From the IMG/VR virus record IMGVR_UViG_3300017746_000001, positions 32,001 through 96,000 of that record: a stretch of 64,000 bases of DNA, one strand, 5' to 3'. The DNA comes from a virus. Each line of letters begins with the position of its first letter. Within the stretch, counting starts at the first letter, position 1. The translations under genes were made by a program, and so were the position numbers. Positions 49,038 to 59,342 of the stretch are shown piece after piece. The notes beneath the pieces are model-generated. The model had not been told where the DNA came from, searched no databases, and saw only the letters and a program-made list of their open reading frames with translations.

Positions 49038-50297
49038 CTAGTCGTTACGGCAGAAGTCTTTAGTGACTTCGCCTATGATTAGGGAATTCTTTCTTCTTTG
49101 TATATGTTCTTTCATAGATTTTCTCTTTCCATCGTATTTCTTTGAGATGATTCTTGCTGGACCATGATTCTTTACAGGAATCTTGGTGTATCTTTTCTTT
49201 TCCTCTTCGGAAAGAGAAGATTGTATTTCTCCAGCGTAGTATGTGTTAAAAATCCCCTTTTCCAATTGAGAAGGAGTTAGTTTCCAAGAACCAGGCGTAT
49301 ACGGAGCAGGATAGTTTTTCTTTTCCTTGCTTGTGAGTCCTTTGATGACATACACATGCGTACAATCTGGATGGTCGCACCAACCAGTCGCGTATGGCAT
49401 TCTGTGATGGCCTGCATTACACCTGCCACCACGATTGAGAGTCATTCCTGCCTCGTGCCATTTAGCGTGTTTGTCGGTTTCAACGAATTTCTCTTCGATA
49501 GCAAGGGCTTCCTTTAGCCCTATTCCGTCTGCGTCGATTAGACGATCCACTTCCCATTCTTTGCAGAATGGACACCACATACAGGAGCTTTTCTTGACAG
49601 GCGAACCATCGCCCCGATAATCCCAACCTAAATGCTTGAGCATTTCCAAACATTCCTTTCTGTTCATCTCCAAGCCTTGTAAGGGGTAATTGTATTCGTG
49701 ACCCTTTATTTTGTTCTCAGAGTGATTGGCTGTGAATCTGTCGGTTCTCCCGCCTTCATCCTTCTCAATCCCTAAGCTCCAATGCTTAGTACATACCGAA
49801 GCATCCCCAAATCTTGAGTCGCCCCATTCCTGTTGAACTTGGCCCTTGAACCTCATACTGCAGATGTGGCTCGCCCCAGGCATTAGCGGGAGCATTCCTC
49901 CATCCAACAACCATTCTGAGATTGTGTAGGGCTCGTTTCTCTGTTCATACTGTTCTTTTTCATCATCTGAAAGTGATTTCCATTGTTTTTGTTGTAACGC
50001 CTTGTTGGTTTCCTTGTGGAAATATCGCACTAGATGATGTCTTACGACTACCAGTTCGACTCCTGCGGATTCACAACGATTTTTTGCGTATTCTATATTT
50101 TCATATGTTTCAGGCCATTCGCTACCAGGATCCGAGAACACAGCCGCTTCGAAGGGTGGGAACAGTTCGTCGAGTTTTGCTCGACTCATTCCCAGGTACT
50201 TCGCTGCTTTGTCTCTTTCCAAGTGCATTGCGAGTAGTGCGGTTGAATCCACACCACCCCCAAAAGCCAACAAATTCACTTTTTTTTGAATTTTCAT
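49038..50297 (-). CDS. PAPS-reductase-like / PP-loop adenine nucleotide alpha hydrolase
   Basis: LAFGGGVDSTALL, SDPGSEWPETY, CS.RFK, KSSCMWCPF; start at motif ATG. Confidence 0.75.
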   Translation of the reverse strand: MKIQKKVNLLAFGGGVDSTALLAMHLERDKAAKYLGMSRAKLDELFPPFEAAVFSDPGSEWPETYENIEYAKNRCESAGVELVVVRHHLVRYFHKETNKALQQKQWKSLSDDEKEQYEQRNEPYTISEWLLDGGMLPLMPGASHICSMRFKGQVQQEWGDSRFGDASVCTKHWSLGIEKDEGGRTDRFTANHSENKIKGHEYNYPLQGLEMNRKECLEMLKHLGWDYRGDGSPVKKSSCMWCPFCKEWEVDRLIDADGIGLKEALAIEEKFVETDKHAKWHEAGMTLNRGGRCNAGHHRMPYATGWCDHPDCTHVYVIKGLTSKEKKNYPAPYTPGSWKLTPSQLEKGIFNTYYAGEIQSSLSEEEKKRYTKIPVKNHGPARIISKKYDGKRKSMKEHIQRRKNSLIIGEVTKDFCRND

Positions 50298-50308
50298 GGT
50301 CAGTCTTC

Positions 50309-50746
50309 CTAGATACAATTATTGCAAACATGTGCTTTCTTCGTTCTTAGGTAGTTCATTTGTTTTATTGGGAATAAAACCTTGCATTTGTAGCATTGTC
50401 TTGATTTAAGACAAATCTTACAGGCTGTCGGTCTTAGACCCCATTTTGCCTTAGCATCTCTCTGCCAGTATTCCGGCTTAATTGGTAGTTCTTCCTTGCA
50501 AGTCTTACAGAATCGTAATTCTCCTTCCGGAGCGTTTTTCCAACTGTCAGGGCCAAAGGTTGGATTGTTTTCAATCAATCTTTCGTTGGCTTTCATCCTG
50601 ATATGTATTGGAGTTTCCATGGCTTTTTTCGAAGCACATTTCTTACAGGTTGACCTATACACTCCACGATCCTTTCGAAATCCGAACTTGCTTAGAGGAA
50701 GATTTCGGTCACAAGACCTACAATACTTCTCTTCTTCATTTACCAT
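50309..50746 (-). CDS. Tandem Zn-finger protein
   Basis: Three C-x2-C...C-x2-C units of the HNH-associated type. Confidence 0.7.
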   Translation of the reverse strand: MVNEEEKYCRSCDRNLPLSKFGFRKDRGVYRSTCKKCASKKAMETPIHIRMKANERLIENNPTFGPDSWKNAPEGELRFCKTCKEELPIKPEYWQRDAKAKWGLRPTACKICLKSRQCYKCKVLFPIKQMNYLRTKKAHVCNNCI

Positions 50747-50748
50747 GG

Positions 50749-51186
50749 TCAGTCACCTCTCGCCGCCTTTTTTTTAGCATGATAGCCCTTATTCTCTGCA
50801 GCATGGCAAATACGACATCTCGGGTTGAGTCCGTACTTGCATTTTGCCTTCTGGCTGAAATACTTGTCATTAGCGGGTAGCTCTGGGCCTTCTTCGTGCT
50901 TGCACTCGCCTTGGTAGCCTGTGCATTTCTTCGTAGTCCCTGCAGGAAGCGTCTTCCAAAGTCCTCGGTTTCTCTCCTGGTATCTTTGTGTAGAAGCAGC
51001 CTGCTTCTTCTTGTCTCTGGTCGCGTGTGCTACTTTCATGTGACACACCTTACATCTTGCTTGTTTGCCACTACTAGAGTTCTTCCTCATCTTCTTACCC
51101 CTCTTGGCATCATATACCGAGAGTCGCTTGTCGTCATAGAAGTCATCTAGTGGCTTTATTTGTTTACATAGTGTACATTGTTTCAT
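50749..51186 (-). CDS. Tandem Zn-finger protein
   Basis: KQCTLCKQIKPLDDFY..CKVC; second unit CRIC. Confidence 0.7.
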   Translation of the reverse strand: MKQCTLCKQIKPLDDFYDDKRLSVYDAKRGKKMRKNSSSGKQARCKVCHMKVAHATRDKKKQAASTQRYQERNRGLWKTLPAGTTKKCTGYQGECKHEEGPELPANDKYFSQKAKCKYGLNPRCRICHAAENKGYHAKKKAARGD

Positions 51187-51236
51187 GGTCAGTCTCCGAA
51201 CATCTAAGTTCGGAATTGATTGCTATTAATATTATC

Positions 51237-52112
51237 TCACGAGTCGTGCGAACCATACAGGTGCTTTATTTTTCGAAGTGTTTCGAATTTCATGCTACCT
51301 GCTTCAATCCTGCCTTCCTTGTGCTTGAGGAAGCATTTTCCTATGTGTTCCGTGTAAGACGGAGGAATTGCCTCTTTCAGATTCGACCATTGGGTAATAT
51401 GCTTAATTCCCATTGCTTTCTTAGCGGTTTTCATATCGGGTGGAGTCCATCCACCTTCAACGGCTCTGCCAGTCTTTTTGCATGTGCCTTTTACATGGTC
51501 TCGTAAGCTACCATAGATCCCCCATGGCTTGGGCTTACCTTTCGGCCCTATAGGCCAAGTTTTTGTTTCGTGATTACATAGAAGCGATTCTATGGGAAAC
51601 GATGACTCAAACATACGGTGCCTTTGGACACCTAAACCGAATGAACTACCGCAAAGAATGGTATTCACCATCTTGGGGTTCGAACCGATTCTGCCTGAGT
51701 TCTCCCATGGAATCATCCATGCTTCAACCACATTCTCAATCACATACGGCACACCTACATTCAGCAGGAAGTATCGTATTAAAGGCATTAAATCGACATC
51801 GCTCGGGTCATTTCCTTGTGCTATTGCTAAGTGTTTTGTCCTCGAATGAAATTGGCAGGGAGGTGATGCGTGGATTAAGTCGAATTGTTGAAACCACCCT
51901 ATAGGGGTTTCTTGAATAAAATCGATTATATCCGACTTTATGAACTTGTACGGATATTCTTTTTTACTTACGATGTCTATTCCTGTTATCTCGACATTTC
52001 CAAACGCTCTCTCATAGCCTACTGCTCCGCCACCGGAGCAGCAAAACAAATCGAGGATCTTCATTGGTTCGTCTATTTTCCAATTGTAAGACCTGTCTTT
52101 CATATAATGCAT
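51237..52112 (-). CDS. DNA cytosine-5 methyltransferase
   Basis: LDLFCCSGG, HASPPCQ, IENV, QRHR.F. Confidence 0.85.
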   Translation of the reverse strand: MHYMKDRSYNWKIDEPMKILDLFCCSGGGAVGYERAFGNVEITGIDIVSKKEYPYKFIKSDIIDFIQETPIGWFQQFDLIHASPPCQFHSRTKHLAIAQGNDPSDVDLMPLIRYFLLNVGVPYVIENVVEAWMIPWENSGRIGSNPKMVNTILCGSSFGLGVQRHRMFESSFPIESLLCNHETKTWPIGPKGKPKPWGIYGSLRDHVKGTCKKTGRAVEGGWTPPDMKTAKKAMGIKHITQWSNLKEAIPPSYTEHIGKCFLKHKEGRIEAGSMKFETLRKIKHLYGSHDS

Positions 52113-52120
52113 GGTCAGTA

Positions 52121-52612
52121 TTACTCATTCCAGTTAGATTTCTCTATGAATCCGTTTTCTTCCAGGTAATCGAGTCCAAATGAACCCAATATCTCTTCTC
52201 TTAATTCAATCACCGACATTTCGAGGAATTCCCCTGTTGTCTTGTAGCCTAAATCAATTAGGGGTTCTCCGTTCTTCAAAACACCACCTCGGTATATGTT
52301 CTGGTATTGCTCCTCGACTATAAAGAGGGGGTCTAGATCTTCTGCATACCCTCCGTCGTCTAAGGTGAGTACAATATCTCCGTCTGGTTCTTCCCCTACT
52401 CTAAATTCTGTGCCTAAGATGAAACTCTGCGTGTAGTGAATTCTTTTTTCGAATTCCTTTGTCCCTTCTGATGTGAGAATGATATATCCATCCCCCTCAT
52501 ATAGTCCTAATCTCCACTCTAAACCTCCTAAATTGGTATCTCTTCTGTCAATCATTATTTTAACTCCTTTTGGTAGTTTTGCTGTAATATCTTTAGTTTC
52601 TTTTCTTGCCAT
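52121..52612 (-). CDS. Hypothetical protein
   Basis: Start at motif ATG (MARKET). Confidence 0.7.
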   Translation of the reverse strand: MARKETKDITAKLPKGVKIMIDRRDTNLGGLEWRLGLYEGDGYIILTSEGTKEFEKRIHYTQSFILGTEFRVGEEPDGDIVLTLDDGGYAEDLDPLFIVEEQYQNIYRGGVLKNGEPLIDLGYKTTGEFLEMSVIELREEILGSFGLDYLEENGFIEKSNWNE

Positions 52613-52625
52613 GGTCAGTATTAAT

Positions 52626-52895
52626 TCAGTTCGTGAGAGTAATTTCGACCCAACTCTTACTGCCTTCGTTTGGGCGAAGACCGTCAGAATAGGATTCATC
52701 TATTATCATAATGTTCTCAATCACTTGCCCTTCAAGGTTATGATTTTTGAGATTGCACCAAACTATTTGTGTCTCATCGCTCAATCCCTTTTTCTTTAGT
52801 TGTTCCATGCTTTCAATTACCTCCCCTATGGTTTTCAATGTCCAGGGAGGGTTTCTAATTTCGTTGTTCAATGAACTGATTTTCATATTTGCCAT
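52626..52895 (-). CDS. Hypothetical protein
   Basis: Start at motif ATG (MANMKI). Confidence 0.65.
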   Translation of the reverse strand: MANMKISSLNNEIRNPPWTLKTIGEVIESMEQLKKKGLSDETQIVWCNLKNHNLEGQVIENIMIIDESYSDGLRPNEGSKSWVEITLTN

Positions 52896-52990
52896 GGTCA
52901 GTATCATTCTACCTCATAGGTCGTATTCAAACCCGTAGTTCGCCCACAAAGGAAATCCAGAGTTGTTGTATTTTTCTTTTATCTCTTCAT

Positions 52991-53404
52991 TCATTCATCA
53001 TCACCTTCCGTTGATTCATTTTCATATTCCCATTGTCCATGACATTCTTGACATATTCCATATTCATTAAGAGGGGTTGGTATGTTTTGGTCGCAAACGA
53101 GTCCATAATCACATATACCTATTTCCGTGTAGTCTTCATCGGTGTTTAGGTGAAACTCTCTCCACCAATTATTGTAACCTTGAATCATTTTCTCAATCGC
53201 GTCGAATCTTGCTCCACCAAGCCATCCCGTACAGGTTGGACATAACACCACATCTGGGCTTATGTCTCTGTTTAATTTGGTGCTTATTTTTCGAGGGATT
53301 ATGTAGTTGTCACTCTCTGGGAACATCAAGGCATAAATCTCCTCGAGGGTTTCCTCTGCTTTGTGCATTCTTTCCTTGAAATCTGTTTCTTCTTTTGTTG
53401 CCAT
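52991..53404 (-). CDS. Cys-containing hypothetical protein
   Basis: 137 aa; CPTC and CQEC. Confidence 0.7.
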   Translation of the reverse strand: MATKEETDFKERMHKAEETLEEIYALMFPESDNYIIPRKISTKLNRDISPDVVLCPTCTGWLGGARFDAIEKMIQGYNNWWREFHLNTDEDYTEIGICDYGLVCDQNIPTPLNEYGICQECHGQWEYENESTEGDDE

Positions 53405-53413
53405 GGTCAGTAT

Positions 53414-53899
53414 TCACAGTTGTTCAAAGACAACTTCCTTGTCCTTGAGATAAATTATCTGTGTTATGTTGTGTTTTTCCTTTTCACCTCTAATGTAATT
53501 TAGAGCGTATTCAAGATTGCCTTTGTGGGGCAATACCCCGTAGGAGCCTTCTGGCTCGCCTTCTTTTACGAATAACACATTATCCTTACATTTCTTTTTG
53601 AACCATTGAGTTGTATCAAACTCAGTCACTAATGTCGTGACTATATGATCTAACTTCTCAAATGTTACTTCAGCTTCTTCTCCTTCCCAATTCGTGTAAG
53701 TATATTTCTGCGCATTTGCCCATTCATGTACTTTCTTTCCTTGTTCGAAGTCCAGCCAATCGTAGTCATTACAACCTCCACGCCCTCTGTTTGTTGCCGT
53801 TCCAACTCTTTTCCCGTTGAAATAGACTGATGCAGAGAAGCAGAGTGTTTCCTCGCTTAATTCATCGTGTATCTTTACATTCTTTACTGTAATTGCCAT
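53414..53899 (-). CDS. Phage conserved hypothetical protein
   Basis: SEETLCFSA..NGK.VG...N.GRGG; start at motif. Confidence 0.75.
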   Translation of the reverse strand: MAITVKNVKIHDELSEETLCFSASVYFNGKRVGTATNRGRGGCNDYDWLDFEQGKKVHEWANAQKYTYTNWEGEEAEVTFEKLDHIVTTLVTEFDTTQWFKKKCKDNVLFVKEGEPEGSYGVLPHKGNLEYALNYIRGEKEKHNITQIIYLKDKEVVFEQL

Positions 53900-53907
53900 G
53901 GTCAGTA

Positions 53908-54366
53908 TCAATCGAGTTCGATTATTCTCAAGCGATTACAATAAACAACCCAATTTTCGCTGTATAGCTTGTATTCGCCTTGCATCCATTCTACGATTTC
54001 TGTTTTGGTTGGAGGCATCCAACCTCCGTTCTGTGCTTCCGTATGGTCTGCTACTTGTCTAGCAGTTTCTAGTTGCCATCTGGCTCCATTGAAAGTGATA
54101 ATCCAATGTGCAGGGTCGCTAGAAAGACCGTATTCCTTCGAGAAGTCGTTTATCACATCCTCAAAACTTCTGTATCTTCCTTTAGCTCCACCATTCATTC
54201 CTGCCCCAGTACGGCCTAGTTCTCCATTTTCATACGAATCCTCGTATATCTCGCATATCCATGCCCTCACTTCAACGAATGCGTGACCGCAATCGTTTTC
54301 GTTATATTTTCTATCTTTTAAGCCATCATTGGCTTCTTCTAAGGTATATTCTCCTTTTTCTGCCAT
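53908..54366 (-). CDS. Hypothetical protein
   Basis: Start at motif ATG. Confidence 0.7.
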   Translation of the reverse strand: MAEKGEYTLEEANDGLKDRKYNENDCGHAFVEVRAWICEIYEDSYENGELGRTGAGMNGGAKGRYRSFEDVINDFSKEYGLSSDPAHWIITFNGARWQLETARQVADHTEAQNGGWMPPTKTEIVEWMQGEYKLYSENWVVYCNRLRIIELD

Positions 54367-54374
54367 GGTCAGTT

Positions 54375-54929
54375 TTACCAATCTGAACCTTCCGTAATTC
54401 GGGCATAGCCGCCAGAATGGAAGTTTCGTAAATCTTGTACTCTTTCATAGTATGCCACAGCATCTTCTTTACTTTCATGCATAGACCAATGATCTTCTAG
54501 AGGTTCCATTGTATCTGAATCATATCCTACGCCTTTCAAAGCATGGAATACTACATGCCAGTCTGCAACTGGTTCAGTAAGTCCTGCCATATCTTGAGCG
54601 TGTTGCCCAGATGAATGCCATCTTTCTAGGCGTTCAAAGGCTTGTGTTGCTTCATCTGCAGCAGAATGAAATCTTTCTAATTCAATTTCTCGTTCTTTTT
54701 TGTTGATGATTTCTTCGGACTCTCCTATGTATTTTGAAATATTAATTCCTAGGTCGTTTTCTAATTCCCATAATGTACCCGCCATTGCGGTTTCCAATGT
54801 GGCTTCTCTGAACCACTGTATGCTTTGTTCGAGATTTTCTATGCTAAGACTATCTAGAATTTCTTTTTCTATTTTTTTAATATCTTCTTCCGCCATTTGA
54901 CTTATCAAAGTCGTTTTGTCGTATTTCAT
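54375..54929 (-). CDS. Hypothetical protein
   Basis: Start at motif ATG (MKYDK). Confidence 0.7.
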   Translation of the reverse strand: MKYDKTTLISQMAEEDIKKIEKEILDSLSIENLEQSIQWFREATLETAMAGTLWELENDLGINISKYIGESEEIINKKEREIELERFHSAADEATQAFERLERWHSSGQHAQDMAGLTEPVADWHVVFHALKGVGYDSDTMEPLEDHWSMHESKEDAVAYYERVQDLRNFHSGGYARITEGSDW

Positions 54930-54937
54930 GGTCAGTA

Positions 54938-55894
54938 TTACCAGTATTGCTCTAGGAGTTTCTTTTCTGCTATGAATGGGAGCATTCTGAACCACTTGTC
55001 CATAGTTCCCACTATTCGTTCTCCTGTGCTTCCACTTGGCCTGTATTTTACATCTTTAAGTGCAAAGAGAAGTTCTTCTTCTGCGTTTATGCATAGTGTG
55101 AAGGACAGGTTGTAGGGGATCTTGGCTGCTTCGTCTGATGCCAACCCCTGTGTTCCTGTCTGCGCTCCTCTAGCCGCTAATTCCCATCTTCTGGGTTCAG
55201 GCCAAATCATATCCTTTGGGAATTGCCCCCACAAGTCAGTAGGCTTCTTCGGCCTTCGATATTCGTAATTCCCTCCAGACCACGCTGAAAAGTGCGTAGT
55301 CAATGCAGGGGGTTTCCATACCTTTCTTAACATGGCTCGTGGGTTTTCCATTGCCCAATATACCGGATTTATTTCTTGTATCAGTTCGTATGTGTGTTGA
55401 ACGAGTTGCAGCGCGTTGTCTGCGGCATCGCTCTTTGGCACTCTAGGTTCGTTTGCGCTCCAATGATGCATACAAGATGCAATGGAGAAGCATTGACAGG
55501 GTGGACTCGCTAGTACGATGTCCCAATCTGTCCCTACATCTTCAATTGTCAATTCTTTGATGTTCATGCAGATGTCTGGTTCCATTCCTGGGTCATTGTC
55601 TATTGTCAAAACATAATGCCCTCTGTCCTCAAACGCCTTTGTCCAACCCTTTCTTCCACTAAACAAATCTAGAATTTTCAATTTCTTGTCATGTTCTGCG
55701 AATTGTAGCTCATCAGGGCCTTTCTTTCTGCTTTCTAGGACTGCGGAGATGAATTTCTGCCTACATTTGTAGTTTAGCCATACTCCTTCGCCCTCATCAT
55801 TCAATCTTATTGCATATTTGCCCCTGATAGGGTCATCGCAACAAACACACTTTTGCCTTTTTCCTTTTTCCATAATTGCGTTCTGAATTATCAT
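54938..55894 (-). CDS. DNA cytosine-5 methyltransferase-like protein with N-terminal Zn finger
   Basis: ILDLFSG, LASPPCQ, ENP, KKPTDLW. Confidence 0.8.
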   Translation of the reverse strand: MIIQNAIMEKGKRQKCVCCDDPIRGKYAIRLNDEGEGVWLNYKCRQKFISAVLESRKKGPDELQFAEHDKKLKILDLFSGRKGWTKAFEDRGHYVLTIDNDPGMEPDICMNIKELTIEDVGTDWDIVLASPPCQCFSIASCMHHWSANEPRVPKSDAADNALQLVQHTYELIQEINPVYWAMENPRAMLRKVWKPPALTTHFSAWSGGNYEYRRPKKPTDLWGQFPKDMIWPEPRRWELAARGAQTGTQGLASDEAAKIPYNLSFTLCINAEEELLFALKDVKYRPSGSTGERIVGTMDKWFRMLPFIAEKKLLEQYW

Positions 55895-55936
55895 GGTCAG
55901 TCTCCGATATTGTAGATCGGAATTTATAGTTCTTAT

Positions 55937-56833
55937 TCATATCGGAATTTTCCTGTTTACTGGTTCTTGTATTTCAAAGTCCAGCGCAGGATGTTTCCTG
56001 TATTTTTTACTATCTTTGTCGTTGTCCCAGATCAGATACCCACCAACATAGTTGCATGTCCATCCTCCGAAGTAATCGTTAATATCCGCCCAGAATATTG
56101 CTTCTGGGAAAACAACTGTCTTATCACAACATCTGTGAAAATATTCATACGGATGATTTCCGTTTGTAGTTTGGGGAGGCCAGAACAGATTCGAAGAATC
56201 ATCAACGAGTATACTGTCTGCTTCCCACCCATTTGTTCGAGCAAGGACTGGAATTAGAGGGACTTCGTCCTTTGGTTCCCAGTCAGATTCATCTATCAAA
56301 TCACCTTCATTGGTGGTTATCTTAATCTGGTCTATTCCTCCTTCATCACCGCCGCCTGAGAACTCAATTTCGATTCTCTTCCAGCCGAGTGCATCCATTA
56401 TAGCAAAGCCTCTATCGACCTTGTTTTCAATTGTCGGATAATAGTAATGCCCATCATCTAGATTTCTTTCTAGACTGCCCAAAGCGTCTTTAATGTCTTT
56501 CAATGTATCTTCTAAGATGTATTCATCAGTATACCTCTCAATTGTTCTATCCATTGAAATTTTCTTCGCTTGTTTGGATTGATAAGGATATTCTAATTCA
56601 CCATTGTATTTTCTCTCCTTTTCCATAGGTATTGCATTTTCATAATCTTCTTTAGAATTTTTTATCGCTTCTTTCGCCTTAACAGATTTTAATCCGTGTA
56701 AGTAAGAGAAATCTGTTGTTTTCATAATTTCTTCATCACTCAAAGACATCCATTGAGATATATTCATTCCTCTTAATATAAATTCTCTCCTTTCGTAAGG
56801 GAGTTTTTCAATTTCTTTTATATTCATTGCCAT
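55937..56833 (-). CDS. Hypothetical protein (FSGGGDEG, DUF6878-like)
   Basis: 298 aa; IEFSGGGDEGGID. Confidence 0.65.
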   Translation of the reverse strand: MAMNIKEIEKLPYERREFILRGMNISQWMSLSDEEIMKTTDFSYLHGLKSVKAKEAIKNSKEDYENAIPMEKERKYNGELEYPYQSKQAKKISMDRTIERYTDEYILEDTLKDIKDALGSLERNLDDGHYYYPTIENKVDRGFAIMDALGWKRIEIEFSGGGDEGGIDQIKITTNEGDLIDESDWEPKDEVPLIPVLARTNGWEADSILVDDSSNLFWPPQTTNGNHPYEYFHRCCDKTVVFPEAIFWADINDYFGGWTCNYVGGYLIWDNDKDSKKYRKHPALDFEIQEPVNRKIPI

Positions 56834-56843
56834 GGTCAGTATT

Positions 56844-57593
56844 TCAAAGCTTAATGAAAGCGAACCAATATGTTCCGGTTCCGTTGCTTCCTACGCTTTT
56901 CTTAGTTCTTGTTCCAACAAGTGGTTGCTCTGGTAATATCTTCAACATATCTGAGACACTTATCGAAAGATCATTGTATTTGAATAGAAGAACTCCTTTT
57001 GGCTTTAAACATCGCCAAATTTCATCGAATCCTCTTCTCACATCGTCTTTCCATCCGTACCCTAATTTTCCGTATTTCTTGAGCATTATTCCTCCCTTTG
57101 CTTCTAGAATATGAGGGATGTCCCACACAACTAGGTGGAATGTTTCATCCTCGAAGAACATATCTCGATAGTCTCCTATCACATCGGGCTTTACAGACCA
57201 TCCTGGTTGTAATTCAATTGCCCCTGGTTCTTCCTCTCGAATATCCATGTATATGCAACTTGGGTGTTTCTTGTCAAACCAAATTGAACGCGCACCGCAG
57301 CATAGATCAGCCAATATTTTACCATCAAGATGTACTTGAACTCGCCAATATCCTTTCTCTAAGCCCGTTTTATGCACTCTTCCTTTTCCTTTTAGTGTCT
57401 GTAGTGCGTTTCTTACTTTGTGTTTCCATTCCGGTGAATCTTCCCAACCTGTAGTGCATACTTCGTCGTCTATAAGTTCCTTGTGAGACTTTTTGACATA
57501 CTCGTATATCATTTCTATGTGGTGAAGACCATCTGGAACGCATTTCATATTTGTTTCAGTTAGTTTCTTTTGCAAAGTTATTTTATTTGCCAT
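56844..57593 (-). CDS. SAM-dependent amino methyltransferase fused to an Mrr_N-like wHTH
   Basis: WKHKVRNALQ.LK..G.W; DLCCGARSIWFDK; DIPH (DPPH variant); RCLKPKG.L.FK. Confidence 0.75.
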   Translation of the reverse strand: MANKITLQKKLTETNMKCVPDGLHHIEMIYEYVKKSHKELIDDEVCTTGWEDSPEWKHKVRNALQTLKGKGRVHKTGLEKGYWRVQVHLDGKILADLCCGARSIWFDKKHPSCIYMDIREEEPGAIELQPGWSVKPDVIGDYRDMFFEDETFHLVVWDIPHILEAKGGIMLKKYGKLGYGWKDDVRRGFDEIWRCLKPKGVLLFKYNDLSISVSDMLKILPEQPLVGTRTKKSVGSNGTGTYWFAFIKL

Positions 57594-57601
57594 GGTCAGT
57601 A

Positions 57602-58174
57602 TTACACTTTGAATTGGGCTAGTATCTCTTCCTTTGAATAGGGTTCAATATCTGCCCAGTTTGCTGCGACTCGTAATATTAATTCCACTTCTCTTTTTGT
57701 CATATTGACATCATGGATTTCGTATTCATCTCTTTTTTCTTCGCTTGATGAATTAAAATTTCGAATCGGTAAGTGTTTCTTTGTTTCTTTGTGTTTTGCA
57801 TAGTGCAAAGTGATCCTCTTTGGAATTTTCTCCGTTGGGTTGAGTTGGAACTCACCCATAGGATTGTCTGCGAAAAACGCATAGTAGCGTTGTGGTAGCT
57901 CCCATGCTCCATCAGGGTCCAAAATGAGGACCCTGTGCATATATTTCTCAAGGTGTTCTTGGGCGAAGAAGCAGAACGGGTGTTGTCCTACATCCAATGA
58001 TTCATCATATTGATTGCCTAGAACTTCCATTACCTTTTCAGCAAGGCCTCTGTTGATTTCTTCCGACAAGTCAATCAGTCCCTTAATGAAAGAAACTGAG
58101 TTGCTATTGGTATTTCTGCTTGTCCTGCTCTGTGGCCCACTAGAGGGGTCACTTCTGCTTCTGATGCGCTGCAT
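57602..58174 (-). CDS. Hypothetical protein
   Basis: ORF track entry; true start probably near 58070, after the upstream stop. Confidence 0.6.
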   Translation of the reverse strand: MQRIRSRSDPSSGPQSRTSRNTNSNSVSFIKGLIDLSEEINRGLAEKVMEVLGNQYDESLDVGQHPFCFFAQEHLEKYMHRVLILDPDGAWELPQRYYAFFADNPMGEFQLNPTEKIPKRITLHYAKHKETKKHLPIRNFNSSSEEKRDEYEIHDVNMTKREVELILRVAANWADIEPYSKEEILAQFKV

Positions 58175-58296
58175 CTAATCACTCTACATAGTGTCCCTGA
58201 TTCTAAGAACCCTAAGTCCTTTACCAGTTTCACAATTTGGTTTTTCATAAATGGGGCTTTCTTTACCCCTTTCTTTCGTATCTTTAGTCCTACCAT
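58075..58296 (-). CDS. Small SH3-like beta protein
   Basis: 73 aa; starts at motif. Confidence 0.6.
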   Translation of the reverse strand: MVGLKIRKKGVKKAPFMKNQIVKLVKDLGFLESGTLCRVIRCSASEAEVTPLVGHRAGQAEIPIATQFLSLRD

Positions 58297-58298
58297 GG

Positions 58299-58550
58299 TC
58301 AGTAACCGCCTACTCTCTTGATTTTGAGTGGCCTCTGTCTTGTTTTTCCTGTTTTTGTCTTAGGCTTGCCCTCTAGGACATAATTAATCATTTTTCTAGA
58401 GTGTCCATCTAGACACTTCTTTACGATTGTTTCCATTTCTAGTATCTTCCATCTACATTTTGTTTTGGCATACTCATCCCAATGAGGAAATATTCCTTCT
58501 TTCCTCAATCGAGCAGCCGTGTAGTTTTTTCCTATATTCAAATCGCTCAT
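58299..58550 (-). CDS. Small basic protein
   Basis: 83 aa; starts at motif and stops in the next motif. Confidence 0.7.
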   Translation of the reverse strand: MSDLNIGKNYTAARLRKEGIFPHWDEYAKTKCRWKILEMETIVKKCLDGHSRKMINYVLEGKPKTKTGKTRQRPLKIKRVGGY

Positions 58551-58578
58551 GGTCAGTATTTTTTATTTCTTCATTGCC

Positions 58579-59118
58579 TCACTCGGAGGCTGGGTATTTC
58601 TTGTTAATAATATGGCGTGCCAAACTATCTATATACCCATATATGGCGTCGGCACTTTCACGCTCAAAAGGTTCCCAAGCGTGGCCTACCAAGTGAGCAT
58701 CTTGAGATGCTTCGTCCATCTCAAAAAATTCATCAGGCAGTTCTTTGAAGAGATAGAAGCAAGATGCCCATTTAAGGCACCTCTCTTCGTAACTCAACTT
58801 TCCTTTTTCGTTTTCTTTTTCGTTTTCACTTTCGTGTGCGCTGTCGATCTTACCCTGTAGGTCGTCAATCTTTTCATAACATCTCTTCAACGCAGTAATC
58901 AGGTCGCTAATGTCAACTTCCGGATTTCCATGTTGTAAGTCGTCGTTTAACTTTTCTAAGTCAATTCTTTCTGATTCTTTTACCTTAGTACGGGCTTCAG
59001 AATTATCTTTCTCCCGTATCCATATAGATGCGTCTTTTACATTTTTACCTGCAAAATAGAGTTTGATTTTGTCGATTGTTATCCAACCTACTGTTGGTCT
59101 ACCATCGCTTCCTCTCAT
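58579..59118 (-). CDS. Hypothetical protein
   Basis: 179 aa; SD GAGGTGA; ATGA overlap. Confidence 0.7.
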   Translation of the reverse strand: MRGSDGRPTVGWITIDKIKLYFAGKNVKDASIWIREKDNSEARTKVKESERIDLEKLNDDLQHGNPEVDISDLITALKRCYEKIDDLQGKIDSAHESENEKENEKGKLSYEERCLKWASCFYLFKELPDEFFEMDEASQDAHLVGHAWEPFERESADAIYGYIDSLARHIINKKYPASE

Positions 59119-59333
59119 TCGTTCACCTCGATTGCATCATCTACAGTCAGTTTTCCGCCATCAATTACTTCATCGAGGCTTGCACCGTCTTTTGCTACTT
59201 CAATAGCAAATTCTCTGTCAGATAAACTTGAGTCTATCCATTCATATTCTTTTCTTAATTCTTCATTTACTGTTATTTCTTTCGCCCAATAAATTGATTG
59301 GGATAACATTACATTGAATTTTTTGTCTGCCAT
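59115..59333 (-). CDS. Small acidic protein
   Basis: 72 aa; starts at motif. Confidence 0.7.
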   Translation of the reverse strand: MADKKFNVMLSQSIYWAKEITVNEELRKEYEWIDSSLSDREFAIEVAKDGASLDEVIDGGKLTVDDAIEVNE

Positions 59334-59342
59334 GGTCAGTTT

